Positions 11,690 to 24,564 of a stretch of 64,000 bases of DNA are shown here, piece by piece. Each line of letters starts with the position of its first letter. The stretch's first letter is position 1. Source of the DNA: Squalus acanthias. Its lineage: Eukaryota. Both the position numbers and the translations under genes were made by a program. Where the stretch lies: contig CM059432.1 in the NCBI GenBank assembly GCA_030390025.1, positions 138,386,001-138,450,000 on the forward strand, given 5' to 3'. The notes under the pieces are model-generated. The model did not search any database, was not told the DNA's origin, and was given only the letters and a program-made list of their open reading frames with translations.

Positions 11690-12190
11690 TAAGCATGGTG
11701 CACATGCAGGGCACATACACGCATAGTGCTCACGCATGCATAGTACACACGCAGGCACACGAACGCATGGTGCAGATGCACACACTTCCATGCATGGTGT
11801 ACACGCACATCCATGCATGGTGCACACGAACGCATGGTGCACACGAACGCACGCCTTGCACGGTGTACACGCACGCATGGTAGACACGCAGGTACACGCA
11901 CGCATGGTGCACACACACACGCACATCCACGCAAAGTGCACACGCACGCATGGTGCACACACACACGCACATCCACGCATGGTGCGCACACACACGCACA
12001 TCCACGCATGGTGCACACACACACACGAACATCCACGCACGGTGCACACGCACGCATGGTGCACACACACGCATGGTGCGCACACACGCACGGTGCGCAC
12101 ACACGCATGGTGCACACACACGAACATCCACGCACATTGCACATGCACGCATGGTACACCCGCATGCACATGCAAGCATGGTGCACATGC
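11690..12190. repeat. Complex mini/microsatellite of CGCATGGTGCACAC(AC)n units with CACATCCA spacers
   Basis: Directly visible imperfect tandem array of about 500 bp. Confidence 0.95.
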
Positions 12191-12614
12191 AAAGAATAGC
12201 GATCTACCATGGCATTGCTTATAGAGAGTCACATTGCTGGTGTAGATGGGGGGATGTAGATGGAGCATGAACATGAATGAGAGCCGCACATTTCCACTCA
12301 AGCAATTTAGAAAGACATTTCTTAGAGACATTGAAGTGTTTTTTTGATTGGTCTGGATGGAAAATAAATATGTCACTGCAGACAGATAACCCTTGCAGCT
12401 CCTACACATGTCCCCGAGGACGATCCAGCATCACCTGCATTGGCTCCCAGCCTTTCAAATAAATTTCCTTCCTGCACTGCACCTGACAAGGCAGCAATGC
12501 AGTCCGAAGGATGGCGTGCAAAATACGGAGCTTGTGCAGGTGAAGCAGAAACTTCCTAGATAATTCAGGATGGGTAAATTATGTTATATAGACACACAAA
12601 TATATAGAAACATA

Positions 12615-13472
12615 GGGGGACATTTTTCGGGGGGTCAGCGGGCGCGATCGGTGGCGGGTCGGGTAGGAAAGTGTTTTTTGTCCCAGTGGGTCGGGACCCC
12701 AATTCAACCTGCCGCCATGCGCCCTTACCAAATGTCGGGTCTGTCAGCGCTGAGCAGACCCAACACGCAGCAGCGGGGGAGGCAATTCAGGTCATTATGA
12801 CCTTGTTAACAGAGGATTAACTACAAATTTGAGCTCACCTTTAGAATTTACCAGCTCACCCACGGGTTCCACGCTGCTCGGGGATCACGTCTGTTAAGCT
12901 GGGCGGGAGTTGAATGGCCATGGAATCTACTCATTACTTGACAGCTTGAAATGTGCTATAAAAGCTCCCATCTCACTGCTGTTTACTTTCCAAGCTCAGA
13001 AGCTGTTGCTTACTGAATTTGGAAGACAGATTGAGCTTTATGCAGGTTGCAAGTGTTTGGAGCAAACTCTCTGTCCAGTGCCACCTCATTGGAACAACCT
13101 CTCTCACCACTGACAGATCGCTTCTGTCATCTCAAATTCACCTGCCATCTATTCCATCAGCATCGATGCCCTTTATACTCTCTCACCTTGGTCCACAGAA
13201 TCTGACCACAATCAACCACAACACCAGCATCACCAGGCACACCAGCAGCACCAACAACCACACCAACCTTCTCCGCAATCATTTGATGCTGCACAGGACA
13301 CAGGGCATCAGCACCCGACCACATTGCTGCCCGGGACACCAGGATGGCCTCACCATGGCCACATTTACTTGATGCTGCACACCCTGGCTACCACATGATG
13401 TGCCAGGTTGGCACCACCCCACACCAACAACATAAAGCATCCCTACAATGTCCAAGCCATTCCTTCCACACT
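12615..13472 (+). mobile_element. Internally deleted Harbinger derivative, partial
   Basis: 13110-13472 closely matches 24975-25345, including the transposase N-terminus/C-terminus fusion junction. Confidence 0.75.
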
Positions 13473-13619
13473 CTCCCCAAGAGAACAGTGAGAAGGGAGA
13501 GAGAGAGAGAGAGAAAAAAAATAGAAATTAAAGAAAAGATATATGTATGCATATGATTCATTTCATTTTCACTTTGTTCTCATACTTACTGTTGATTCAA
13601 AACTCACATTGGTACAGAC

Positions 13620-13960
13620 CGCTTCCCTCCCCCTCTGCTCCTCTGCTACAACCATTTATATCTCCTCTGGACCTAACTTTTGTTTCCGTTCTTGTCCCGT
13701 TGCCACCCCTCTTTTGCCTCATCCCTTTTATAATTGAATCACTTCTGCCCTCCTCCCTATCACAGACCTTTGCCTTTTGTCCCTTACCTGCCCCCCCCCC
13801 TTTCCCCTGGCTCTGCAATTGCTTAAAAGCTGTTCATCTCTTAACATCATCCAGTTCTGGTGGAAAGGACATCGACCTGAAGCGTTAACTCTGTTTCTCC
13901 CTCCACAGATGCTGCCTGACCCGCTGAGTGTTTCCCAGCATTTTCACTGTTTTTTGTTTT
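13620..13960 (+). mobile_element. Family B Penelope-like 3' end with a degenerate hammerhead core
   Basis: Matches 34750-35880 and the reverse complement of 44757-45107. The core is mutated (CTGGTGG, GAAG). Confidence 0.65.
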
Positions 13961-14427
13961 TGAAAAGAATGTTGTTGCAAGTACTTCCTTTCCTCCCAAA
14001 ATAGAATGACTTGCGAGACAGTCATCCGCTCATAGAGATCGCAGAAGGGAATATATGAGCTACAGTCAGTTTAAAACATAAAAACTGCTGGTTCAGATCC
14101 CCTGACATGGATGACATTACGATTGACAGGTAGCAGTATGAGCAGCACAGTAATGAAAAGCAGCAACGCCAACAATTACCAACAGCCCGCCTTGATGTGT
14201 GTAGGACAATCTCTCAGAGCATTTAGGGGGGCAAGAGGTGTAGACGAACATCGAGCAAGAGGAAAAGGGGGAAGGTGAATGGAGAACCTTGAATGTGGAC
14301 CCAAAAGGCAAGGGGTGGAGGAGGACTTTGAGGTTTTCAAAAGTAGGGAGGCAGGTGGCGAGGCAGAGGGAGCCAAGTGGACAATTGGAGGACAGTGGCT
14401 GGATAAGCATCTGCCGCTGGTAGATTG

Positions 14428-15440
14428 GAACATCAGAATAAGAGGAGGCCATTCAGCCCCTTGAGCCTGTTCCACCATTCAATTACATCATGGCTGATCT
14501 GTATCTTAACTCCATCTACCCACCTTGGTTCCGTATCCCTTAATGCCCTTTTCTAAAAAAAACTATCAATCTCAGTTTTGACATTTTCAATTGACCCCCC
14601 CCCAGCCTCAACAGCTTTTTGAGGAAGAGAGTTCCAGATTTCCACTACCCTTTGTGTGAAGAAATGCTTCCTGACATCACCCCTGAACGGCCGAATTCTA
14701 ATTTTAAGGTTATGCCCCCTTGTTCTTGATTCCCCCACCAGAGGAAATAGTTTCTCTCTAGCTACCCTATCAACTCCTTTGATCATCTTAAATACATCAA
14801 TTAGATCACCCCTTAATCTTCTATATTCAAGGGAACACAAACCTAGTCTATGCAACCTGTCCTCGTAATTTAACCCCCGATATCTTTCCGCTGATTCAAC
14901 ACTGCACCCCCTCCGAGGCCAATATATCCTTCCTGAGGTGCGGTTTCCAGAACTGAACACAGTACTCCAGATGGGGTCTGACCAGAGCGTTATATAATTG
15001 TAACATAACTTCCACCCCTTGCATTCCAATCCCCCATTAACCCCTTGAATTATTTATTTGTACCTGTCCACTAAATCTCTGCTCCTCCACAGTTCCGAGT
15101 TTCTCATCATTAGGAAAATACTCTGATCTATCTTTCTTAGGTCCAAAGTGGATGACCTCACACTTCCCCACACTGAACTCCTTCTGCCACAGTTTTGTCC
15201 ACTCACTTAATCCATCAATGTCCCTTTGCAACTTCCTGCTCCCATCTACACGATTTACTATGCCACCTAACTTGGCGTCGTCAGCAAACTTGGATATATG
15301 GCTCTCTATTTCTTCATCTAAGTTATTTATAAATATAGTGAAAAGCTGAGGCCCCAGTACAGATCCTTGGGGGACACCTCCTGGCAATTTGAGTGCATAC
15401 CCGTTATCCCTACTCTCTGTCTCCTACCTCCAAACCAATT
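14428..15440 (-). mobile_element. CR1 LINE RT fragment
   Basis: [26 protein letters not shown] and LEYRRLRGDLI on the minus strand. Confidence 0.9.
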
Positions 15441-16194
15441 CCCTACCAGAGCCAATGGAGCTTGGAAAATATGGGAGGGATGGGAGTTTGGTACTTAGTG
15501 CGCGTGAGAACATGACTGCAGTGGTGGCCAGCTGCAAGGACATTGGATAAGTCAAGTCACGAAATTGGTGAAGGCATGGACTGGGGCTTTGGTGGCAGAA
15601 GAGCAGAGACAGGGCCAGAGGCAGAGGGTGCTGCAGAGGTGGAAGAAAATGGTTTTGGATATCGGGGGAGGAAGATGATCGTGTGGCCAAGCAGGACATG
15701 AAAATTCCAACACTTCCTAGCTCAGCTTAAGACAGCAGCTAAGGAGGTCAATGGACTAGAGGCCAGAGGTACTGAAGAGGATGTACTCGGTTTTACCAAC
15801 ATTCAGATGAAGGACATTCTGGCTGATTCAGGTCATGAAATTAGGCAATTTAGGAGTGTGGCAACTACCTTTGGGTCACCGGAGAAGGCAGCAAAATAGA
15901 ACTGGTTTCAGCACACATGTCACCACATGTTCCAAGGTCCACATGCTTCTGGATAATGTCATTAAAGAATGGTGTGTAGATAGAAGAGAAGAGAGAGCCA
16001 ACGACAGACCGCTAGGATACACTAGAGAAGACTGTGCGAGCAGAAGAGGAGAAACAGTTGGCAGCAATGTAATGCCTGGTGTTTGAGCTCAATTAAGAGG
16101 AGAACCCAGAAAAACCAGGGCCCCAGAAGGTGGCCGGCAGAGATGTTGGAGAAGGATGGCAAAGTGGATGAGGCAGATGAAGGAAAAGAAGATT

Positions 16195-16600
16195 CGCATT
16201 TCATGACCTCAGGATGTCCCAATGACGTACTTTTGACATGTAGTCAATGTTGTAATGTAGGAAACACAGCCGCCAATCTGCGCACAGCAAGCTCCCACGA
16301 AAAGCAATGACCAATTAATCTGTTTTAGTGATGTTGGTTGAGGGATTTAATATTAGCCAGGACATCAGGAAGAACTCCCCTGGTCTTTTGCAGAATAGTG
16401 CCATGGGATTTTTAATGTCCACCTGAAAGGGCAAATAGAGCCTCATTTCAACTTCACATCTGAAAGCCAGCACCTCCAACAGTGCAGCACTTCCTCAAGT
16501 ACCAGCCTAGATTTTTGTGCTGAAGTCTTCTGGAGGGAGACTTGAACCCACAACCTTCTAACTCAAAGGCAAGAGTACTACCCACTGAGCCACAGCTGAC
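16195..16600 (-). mobile_element. Deu-domain SINE, diverged
   Basis: Reverse complement of the SINE head (CCCACTGAGCCACAGCTGAC) and core. Confidence 0.75.
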
Positions 16601-16934
16601 ATTGCGAGGATCAGGAGAGATAAGGAGGCACACTTGCATAGGATATTGTTTATGACTTTTACCAATATGGTCTCGATACTGTTGGTACGTGGAAGCCAGG
16701 TTTGAGGGACTCCAATAAGCAGATTGAGAGAAGTAGGAATGTAGTTACAAAAATTCAATAAACTTGAGGGACTGAATGCTATACTGGGTGAGAACTCTTG
16801 TTTCACTGGTGTTTGAATCTACCCTTGACTGATGGAATGAAATGAGTTTGAGCAAGAAGGAACATAGGAACAGGGGCGGGCCATTCGGCCCCTCAAGTCT
16901 GTTCCGCCATTCAATTAGATCATGGCTGATTCAT

Positions 16935-17758
16935 ACCGCGACTCCATCCACCCATGGCGGATGCAGCTCCGCAGCACAAAACCGCATCTAATTCACTGCA
17001 ATTTGGCGCAGGGAGCCAAATTGATTGGCTGCCGAGGATTATGGCCCAGATATTCCGATCGCAGGCCTCCCGCGGGCGGAGGGCTGCGATCTGGAAAAAT
17101 CTGCGCCAAGACCGGAGGGCTCCCGGGAGGCGCAGAGTTCCGCTGCTGGGTCTCTCCAAACTGCCGGTGCGCAGGGCCCACGTATCCCAGAGGCGCAGGT
17201 GGTTCGCAGCGTCCCTGGGATCATGTGGGCCATGGGGAGTCAATCAGAGAAGGGACTCTCCCTTCATACATTTGACAGGAAGACCTGCCAATTATATGAA
17301 TGGAGATCACCCCCAAAACATAGTAAAACTTCAAATAATTTTTTTTTAAAATCACATTTTTAAAATGACTTAAAATTACATAAATTAACTATTTTAAACA
17401 AAAATTTAAATGTTTGAAAAAAATAATTAAAGTTTTTAACAGGGCTAAAAATAAACTTACCTTTTATTTAAAGTATTTAAAGTATGGAAAATTTATTTAT
17501 TTTTTTACTTTTTTCAACTCTTATCCTGGTAAAAGCAGGCCTTACGCCTGTTTTTACCAGGCGCAAGAATTGTAAGTGTTTTCTGCGGGCGGAGGGTCTC
17601 CAAAAAGCGGAACTATCCCCCCGCAGAGGCCCTTCTCCCGGGCAGGCGGAGGATCTGTCAAGAGCATGCGTTGTGCATGCCTGAAACCGGCATTTCCAAT
17701 GTCCCTACAGGTGAGTACACAGCGCGTACCCACCCGTAGGGATCGGAATATCCGGCCC
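16935..17758. mobile_element. GC-rich non-autonomous DNA element with AT-rich centre (Harbinger-type MITE)
   Basis: CpG-rich arms around an AT-rich core. The right end ATATCCGGCCC resembles other TIR ends in the window. The left TIR is not clear. Confidence 0.45.
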
Positions 17759-18164
17759 AATACAAACGTCAACATGGGCACAGTGAGGATGCTTGTTTGG
17801 TTGAAGCACACGGTTACAAATGAAGAGGGAGCTTTACTCTGAGGTTGGCCGTGCTAATGACCTACAGGAAAGGGCTTGATATGAAAACAGAAAACGCTGG
17901 CAATACGCAGAGGTTATAATGTTTCAGGTGAGCGCTCTTCACCAGTACTGAAGACTGTTTGGCTGCAATGAAGGGTAGGTGCCCAAAACATCACGGCCCC
18001 TCTTTTCCCTCAATAAACCAGCTGTGTATTTCCAGAATTTTCTGTTTTTATTTCAGATTTCCACCATTGGCCATTTGTTTTTTTTAATGTCTTGAAAGTG
18101 CCTGATGTGCAGTTTATATCATAAACCAAGCCTTGAGCCAGTGCAGATTCCTCAAGTCATCCTA

Positions 18165-18700
18165 ACAGCAACTTACATTTATATAGTGCCTTTAACGTAG
18201 TAAAACGTCCCAAGGCGCTTCACAGGAGCGATTTTTTTTTTTAAATGACAACGAGCCACATAAGGAGATATTAGGACAGATGGTCAGAAGCTTGGTCAAA
18301 GAGGTAGGTTTTAAGGAGCATCTTAAAGTAGGAGAGAGAAGTTGAGAGGTTTAGGGAGGAAATTCCAGAGTCTAGGGCCGAGGCAGGTTGAAGGCACGGC
18401 CGCCAATGGTGGAGCGATGGAAATCAGGGATGCAAAAAAGACCAGAGTTGGAGGAATGCAGCGATCGCGGAGGGCGGAGGGCTGGAGGAGGTTAAAAAAA
18501 AAATAGGGAGGGGAGAGGCCATGGAGGGGTTTGAACACGAAGTTGAAAATTTTTATCTTGAGGCATTGCCAGACCAGGAGCCAATGTAGGTCACCGAGCA
18601 CAGGAGTGATGGGTGAACAGGACTTGGTGCGAGTTGGGATACGGGGAAGCAGAGTTTTGGATGAGCTGAAGTTTATGGACGGTGTAAGGTGGGAGAGTCG
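18165..18700 (-). mobile_element. L2 3' fragment
   Basis: Minus ORF LGDLHWLLV..IKIF..KPLHGLSPPY matches the L2 ORF2 C-terminal motif LHWLP..I.FK..LHGLAP.YL. L2 tail present. Confidence 0.85.
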
Positions 18701-19229
18701 GGAGGTGACAGAGGCATAGATGAGAAACCGAAAGGCTAAGCCAGGTATTTATTGCCTGTTTAAGGGGAAATCTTCATGGTGAGTTGGGTATAGTAGCATT
18801 TTGGAACAATTTAAAATACAAAAATTACAGTAAACACTGGAGTAAATGTTGGAGAAGTCATAAGCTTTTAACTAAATTAAGGAATAGACAGCAAGCATTC
18901 CCATTTGGTGAGTATATCTGTTTTTATGACAGATGTATACAAAAAAATATGAAGGTTCCTATAGTCACACACTTGGCACCACAGAAATGCCACTTTATTT
19001 GTCAGTGACACCAATGATCATATCTGGAAAGCATTTGCAGGTGATTACTCTAAAAGCTCTGTTAGTGCTGATGTTTTTACACATTAACAATGGGTAAAGT
19101 TGTCATGGGGAACATGTATTCTCTGCCAATAGCTAACACACCATTCCAAACACAGAACAGGAAGGCAGACATTCTACAATAAAAGGCTCGTCTATTTTCT
19201 CAATTCAGGAAAACAAAAACAAGCCGGCA

Positions 19230-20020
19230 TTTCGAAGTGCATTTAAGGGGAAGCTGGATAAGTACATGACGGAGAAAGGAATAGAAGGATATGCTGATAG
19301 GGTGAGATGAAGAGGGGGGGTGAGAGGAGGCTCGTGTGGAGCATATAAACACCGGCATGGATCAGTTGGGCCGAATGGTCTGTTTCTGTGTTGTAAATAC
19401 TACGTAATAACCAGCTGCTTCATGTAACCTCTGCTTAAATCTGACCATTCAGTTCATAAGGAAATGTGGAACAAGTATCTACCTGACCTACATAAGTCAA
19501 ACCTGTCTGTGCTGCCGTGTAAACAGGAATGCTTTTCTTTCTTTGTCACGGTGTGGAAATCTCCGTGTTCTTGCAAACATATTTAACAGAACATCAGGCC
19601 TCGCCGAGGTCTTTCATCCGACGTAATGTACAGAAATAAGTGGTGGTTGGGGGGGGGGGGGGGGGGGGGGGAGGTTTTTCCAGTTGTATAGTACATAAGA
19701 ACACAAGAAATAGGAGCAGGAGTCGGCCATTTGGCCCCTCGAGCCTGCTCCGCCATTCAATGAGATCATGGCTGATCTGATCTTGGGCTCAGCTCCATTT
19801 CCCTGCCCGCTCCCCATAACCCATCACTCCCTTATTGTTCAAAAAAAGCAGCATTCCTACATCAGAAGCATTTAGATGAGCACTTGAAACGCCATAGCAT
19901 ACAAGGCTACGGACCAAGTGCTGGAAAATGGGATTAGAATAGACAGGGCTTGATGGCCGGCGTGGACACGATGGGCCGAAGGGCCTCTTTCTGTGCTGTA
20001 TAACTCTATGACTCTATGAC
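19230..20020. mobile_element. Cluster of short CR1 3' tails (19230-19410 +, 19690-19850 -, 19860-20020 +)
   Basis: GGGCCGAA(T)GG stem and CTATGA / CATAAGAA microsatellite ends. 19860-20020 is nearly identical to 52355-52495. Confidence 0.75.
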
Positions 20021-20717
20021 TATCACTGACCCTTCCTGCTCACATAATGTTAATGTAGCTTAGGTCCTTCATCATAGTCTTGCTGTGCCCCCCGCCGCCT
20101 CGTCCCTTTTATGTGGCATGATAACGGCCCTCATGCGCAGGAGGCTTTTTGTGAGGGCCAGTGGCAGATTCCACGGATACGGTGGACTTTGTAGCCCGGC
20201 TACTGCTCAGGAGCACACACACACACAAAAAAATAACATAACCACCATATATCGCAGGAAAAAAGTGGTCATATTAAGGTGAATTATAGGTTGCAACATT
20301 ATCCCAGGAGTCAGATGACACTCGCAGATGACATATCTTCTGATGTCCCATGATTGGGTTACAGCCTTGAAACAGAATGCATTCCAACCTGACATTATGC
20401 AAAGTTCACCATGTTTTAAAGCTATATAAAGGGGCTCTCCTTGCGACACCATTGAACATGTTTACGGGTTCCCGGCTTTGATGGTTCCTGCGTTGTGGCT
20501 GGATTGTTATCCGATGTTAATCAACAGACACCATCACCCCCCCCCCCCCTTACGACACAAGAATGCTTGAGAGTCGGAGAGGGATTTCGAACCCAACCAG
20601 CACACTTCATCAGCGAGCTCTTGTTTCAGGACCCGGTCTCGCCATTCTTCATCTTTATTATCATGTCCCATATTCGTGGCTGTGATCTTATTGTACACAA
20701 TATTAACAGGACTACAG

Positions 20718-21220
20718 GGGCTATGTTTTCCTTGGTGTGTAAAGAAAGATTGAATTAAAAGGGAGAGAGAGAGAAAAAAAAGAGGCAGAATGGAAAAGTA
20801 AGAGTTTTTTTTTTAATTTAACATTTTTAAAGTCTCCTAAAGCAATTCACAACCTGAAGGAATGAGACTCCGCACTTTTAATTGTTCACTTTCTGGGCCA
20901 GAGGGGTTGATTGGCAGCCATTAACAATGATCACGTCGTGAAAAGGGGACTTACGCTGATAAATACTAGACTTGACTTTCTGTGGCGAGTTTAATGGGCA
21001 ATTAATGCGCAAATGCAGCAACTACATGAAAAACTCACGGGGAGGTTGAGGACGAGATGGCGTTTTCGCGAGGCTAACGGCGGAGCGGCGCAAATTGTCC
21101 AGCAACCCGCGGCGATCTGCGATCCGCAGGGTTCCTCACCACAAGTTGCTGGCCATTATGCGCATTAATGATGCCGTGCGTCGTTCAGACGCTGTTGAAT
21201 TTGCAGCAAAAATCTAGCCC
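20718..21220. mobile_element. Harbinger-type MITE
   Basis: Ends GGGCTATGTTTT / AAAATCTAGCCC. Confidence 0.55.
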
Positions 21221-22118
21221 ATGTATCCTAAAAGACCCCAGCCCCAGCTAGCATAGCTGGCACAATATTAAGAGAGAGGATAAACACTGACAAAGCACAT
21301 TGTATATCTGAGAGCAGTCTGGTCTAGGTTTCAGCGCTGACATAAAATCTGGAGCCACAGAAGTAAGAAGCTCAATGTTCCATCACTGCAACTATAACAA
21401 CACCCTTGGTGCACAAACACTGCACTCTGATATTTTTAGCTCCTGCCGTATCCCAGTATAAAGCTTATCTACAAAAAGATCAAGCAGGACCAGCAGAAAG
21501 CCTACAGGTACGTGCTGTACTGGAAACAGTATGTTCTCAGTCCCAGTCCCTATTTAATCAGCATTTTAATTATTCAAAAGGTTTGCATTTTATTTTCCAC
21601 AGAGAAGAGTCCATCTTCTGCCAAGGAGCGGGTTGAATTATTAATTTATTTTCTACAGTAATAGAGGAAAAAAACACACAGTTATTTCGACAAGGTTCAT
21701 TGTTTTTCATTTATCTTCCAGGTACAATCGGGTTTTTTTTTTCACACTGGGTGGCTGCCGGTCTTTAGCAGCTAACCTGGCAGCACATCTGTTTGAAAGG
21801 ACCGTATTTCAACAGCTGTGCAAAAAAAAAATGAGCAAGCACTGCCAGTCTTGTCCACAGAAGGGCACAGGCCAATTCATCAATGGCTGGCTGGCTGGCT
21901 GGCTGCTGAGAGGCATTTTCTGCAGCAGTCTGAACCTCGAGTGACTTTTCCGGGGTCTAGACGACGCAGGGTGGCAATCAGTCAACTTCTCCCTGAACTT
22001 TCTCTCACCCCCGCTGACCTCTGCCTCAACCCAGGCAAACATAAAAAGTGTGACCTAAAGTGGGGCCTAGCGACCAGTGAAGCCTCCGGTCTCCGTAACG
22101 ACAGCAGTCAGAGCTCAC

Positions 22119-22284
22119 CAGCGAGCATGCAATCTGACCCCCTACTGCAGACACTTGTCCCTACACATGTAAGTTCAGTTAGCTGGGCAGCTTGCTACTT
22201 GTAGTTACAGGGGAGGGAGGGGGGTGGGGGCGGGGGTGGGGGTTGAACTGGCCATTCGAAACACACACTTTTCCCAGAAGATTC
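22119..22284 (-). other. Possible host-gene exon (5' UTR plus ATG CTC GCT G)
   Basis: Strong acceptor TTTCTTTTTTTTTTCCCTGCAG and donor G|GTGAGC in a repeat-poor island. No homology recognised. Confidence 0.3.
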
Positions 22285-24564
22285 CTGCAGGGAAAAAAAA
22301 AAGAAACACACGAAACAAAAAAAAACGTGCAAATAACAGAATCCTATTAAAAGGAAAGTAAAAATATTTATAACAGAGAGAATTCACAAAGGCTTGAGTC
22401 TATTTTCCATTAAACAGACCCCTCGTGGGAACGACATTAAAAAGGAACTACTTTGCATAAAAATGGATTTCATACAGCAACGGTTAGACGAGTGACTAAA
22501 ATGATAATGCACAGCTGAAGGCGTATCAATCAGCCGATGAAATAAAACGTGATGGGTTTCATAAAATTGGTCATTTTGTTTTTTACTGTAAACGATTTTT
22601 CTTGTGTAAACTCTGCTGGTTTCTTTATGAAGAGCTTCAAATGAAGCACGCACATGTGTATGTGCTTCTCTCTCTCTCTCTCTCTCTCTTTCTTTCTCTA
22701 TCTACCCAGCAGAGGAAGAGCAAAAGAAACAATATTTCTCCACAAGCAACGCAACAACCCCAATTGCAAACTCAAGGGTCTTTTGACAGCAGCAATTAAG
22801 CAACTTAATTAATGAGTGAATAAAGATGATAATATTTACTGTACAAGAGCATTCTGTTTTGCATTTTCATTTGAATTGTGCACCTGAGCAGTATTAGTTC
22901 AGCTTTATGTTGCTAAGGTCTTTACACAGTGTCATTTAAAAAAAAAATCCTAAATACTCTAAGGGATTAACCCAAATCTTGTGAATTTCAACCTATTGCT
23001 GAAAGCTGGCTAATTTCTGAGGGACAATTTCCTAGTGCTTTTGTAAGTTGAACTTTACATCAAAGTGGTTGATTAATTACTGATAAGAGACTAATAAAAT
23101 ATTAATGCGTTTGGTAATTAACAAGCTTCAGAGCCCGATATCTGCCACCACCTACCCCCACCCCCCAGTTAAGTTGGAGATTGACTCCTATCCGTGTGCC
23201 ATTTCTAGTTACTGTGCTCAGCAGATGCCTTTGCAAAAAGGAACTCTTCCACAAACATGCCAAATGTTGATCAGTATTTGACTCGGTGTGCACTTGTGTA
23301 ACAGTGATAATAAATTGCTGCCAATAGCTGTGCGATCGAGTGAATCATTTTCAACCTGTCCCTCCAACCAGTTCTCTTAGCCACGGACGGAGAGCGAACA
23401 ACAGTTCATCTGAATAGGGAGTGTGGTTGCCCCCTAAAGCTGTGGGCGACGCGCTTGCCGTGTTGCTCGGATGCCTCAGCCTTACTTGTTTCCCATTTAC
23501 CGCCTCTCAAAGGGTGGGATTCACGCTGGCCACCTTTGCCAGGAGCCCTCCAGTACCTCGCCCCAAGTGACGACTCTTGTACCTAGACCTGCGCAGAGTG
23601 CGTGTTGTGGGCTATTCGACAGCAAGAGGCACCACAGCTGAGCTCAACCCTGGGTCGGTGGCCTAGTTTATTTATTTTTTCTTCTTTTGCCTTCATTACC
23701 GCTAGAATGGCTATTGGTGATTGAAATGGAGCTGTTTATACCCAATTTTCCTGGATTAAATTTGGACAGATTTAAAGAGCAGACCAAAAGCGAAAGGGAA
23801 AAAAATGACAGGATGGGGACGATTAAACGGGAGTGTCACAATAACGGGGGGGGGGGCGGGGTCGGGGGGGTGCAGGGGGGAGGGACAAAAATTCTCAAAG
23901 AGGCAGGTTTTAAGGAGTGTCTTAAAGGAGGAGAGAGGTAGAGAGGAATCACAATACATGCAAAATTTTAAAATGCATTTATAACCACATGTTTTCGGAT
24001 TATTGACAAATCATGACTTCTAAAAAGCAAAACGTACCAACAAATAAATACCTCTTAAGACTTTCCCAATTGCAGACCCAGTTTTCTATCCTCTGTCCTT
24101 TGGAGGATGCAGTGGGCTGCAGTAAAGACTGCTCCTTGCCCGCTATTTATGCATGAGGAATCTTCTAAGGTGAGTTAGTAGACTTCCTGCCTAGTTGTAC
24201 GGGTGCCACTTGTTACCATGACATACTTTCTCTCTGATGGGCCTAATCCCATCATTTCCTTTAGAGTGTGACGATACCGGTAGAGCGTGCCATTCAAATC
24301 TGATAGTATCTTTAGCAATTTTAACTGGATTTTATTTTTTAAAGAAACTTTCTAATATTTTATATAATCAGCAGTTCGCCAGTGTGACGTTTGCAAATAA
24401 AGTCCGCCGCCAACATCATTAAAACAGATTATCTGGTTGCTGCTTGCTTGGAGCTTGCTGTGCACAAATTGGCTGCAACTTCCTACGTTTCAGCAGTGAC
24501 TACACTTCAAAAACACTTCATTGGCGGCCAAGTGCTTTGGGACGACCTTAGTGAAAGACACTAT

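Noticed and set aside
11690..12190. CRISPR-like repeat array
   Set aside because: No unique spacers, eukaryotic context and no cas genes.
11600..12409. Long Cys/His/Val-rich ORFs on both strands
   Set aside because: Artefact of a stop-free tandem repeat, open in several frames at once.
13855..13890. Functional hammerhead in this family B copy
   Set aside because: Core mutated (CTGGTGG instead of CTGANGA, GAAG instead of GAAA).
19649..19671. Long poly-G tract (also about 55697-55720) as a G-quadruplex element
   Set aside because: Simple homopolymers of unreliable length with no other support.
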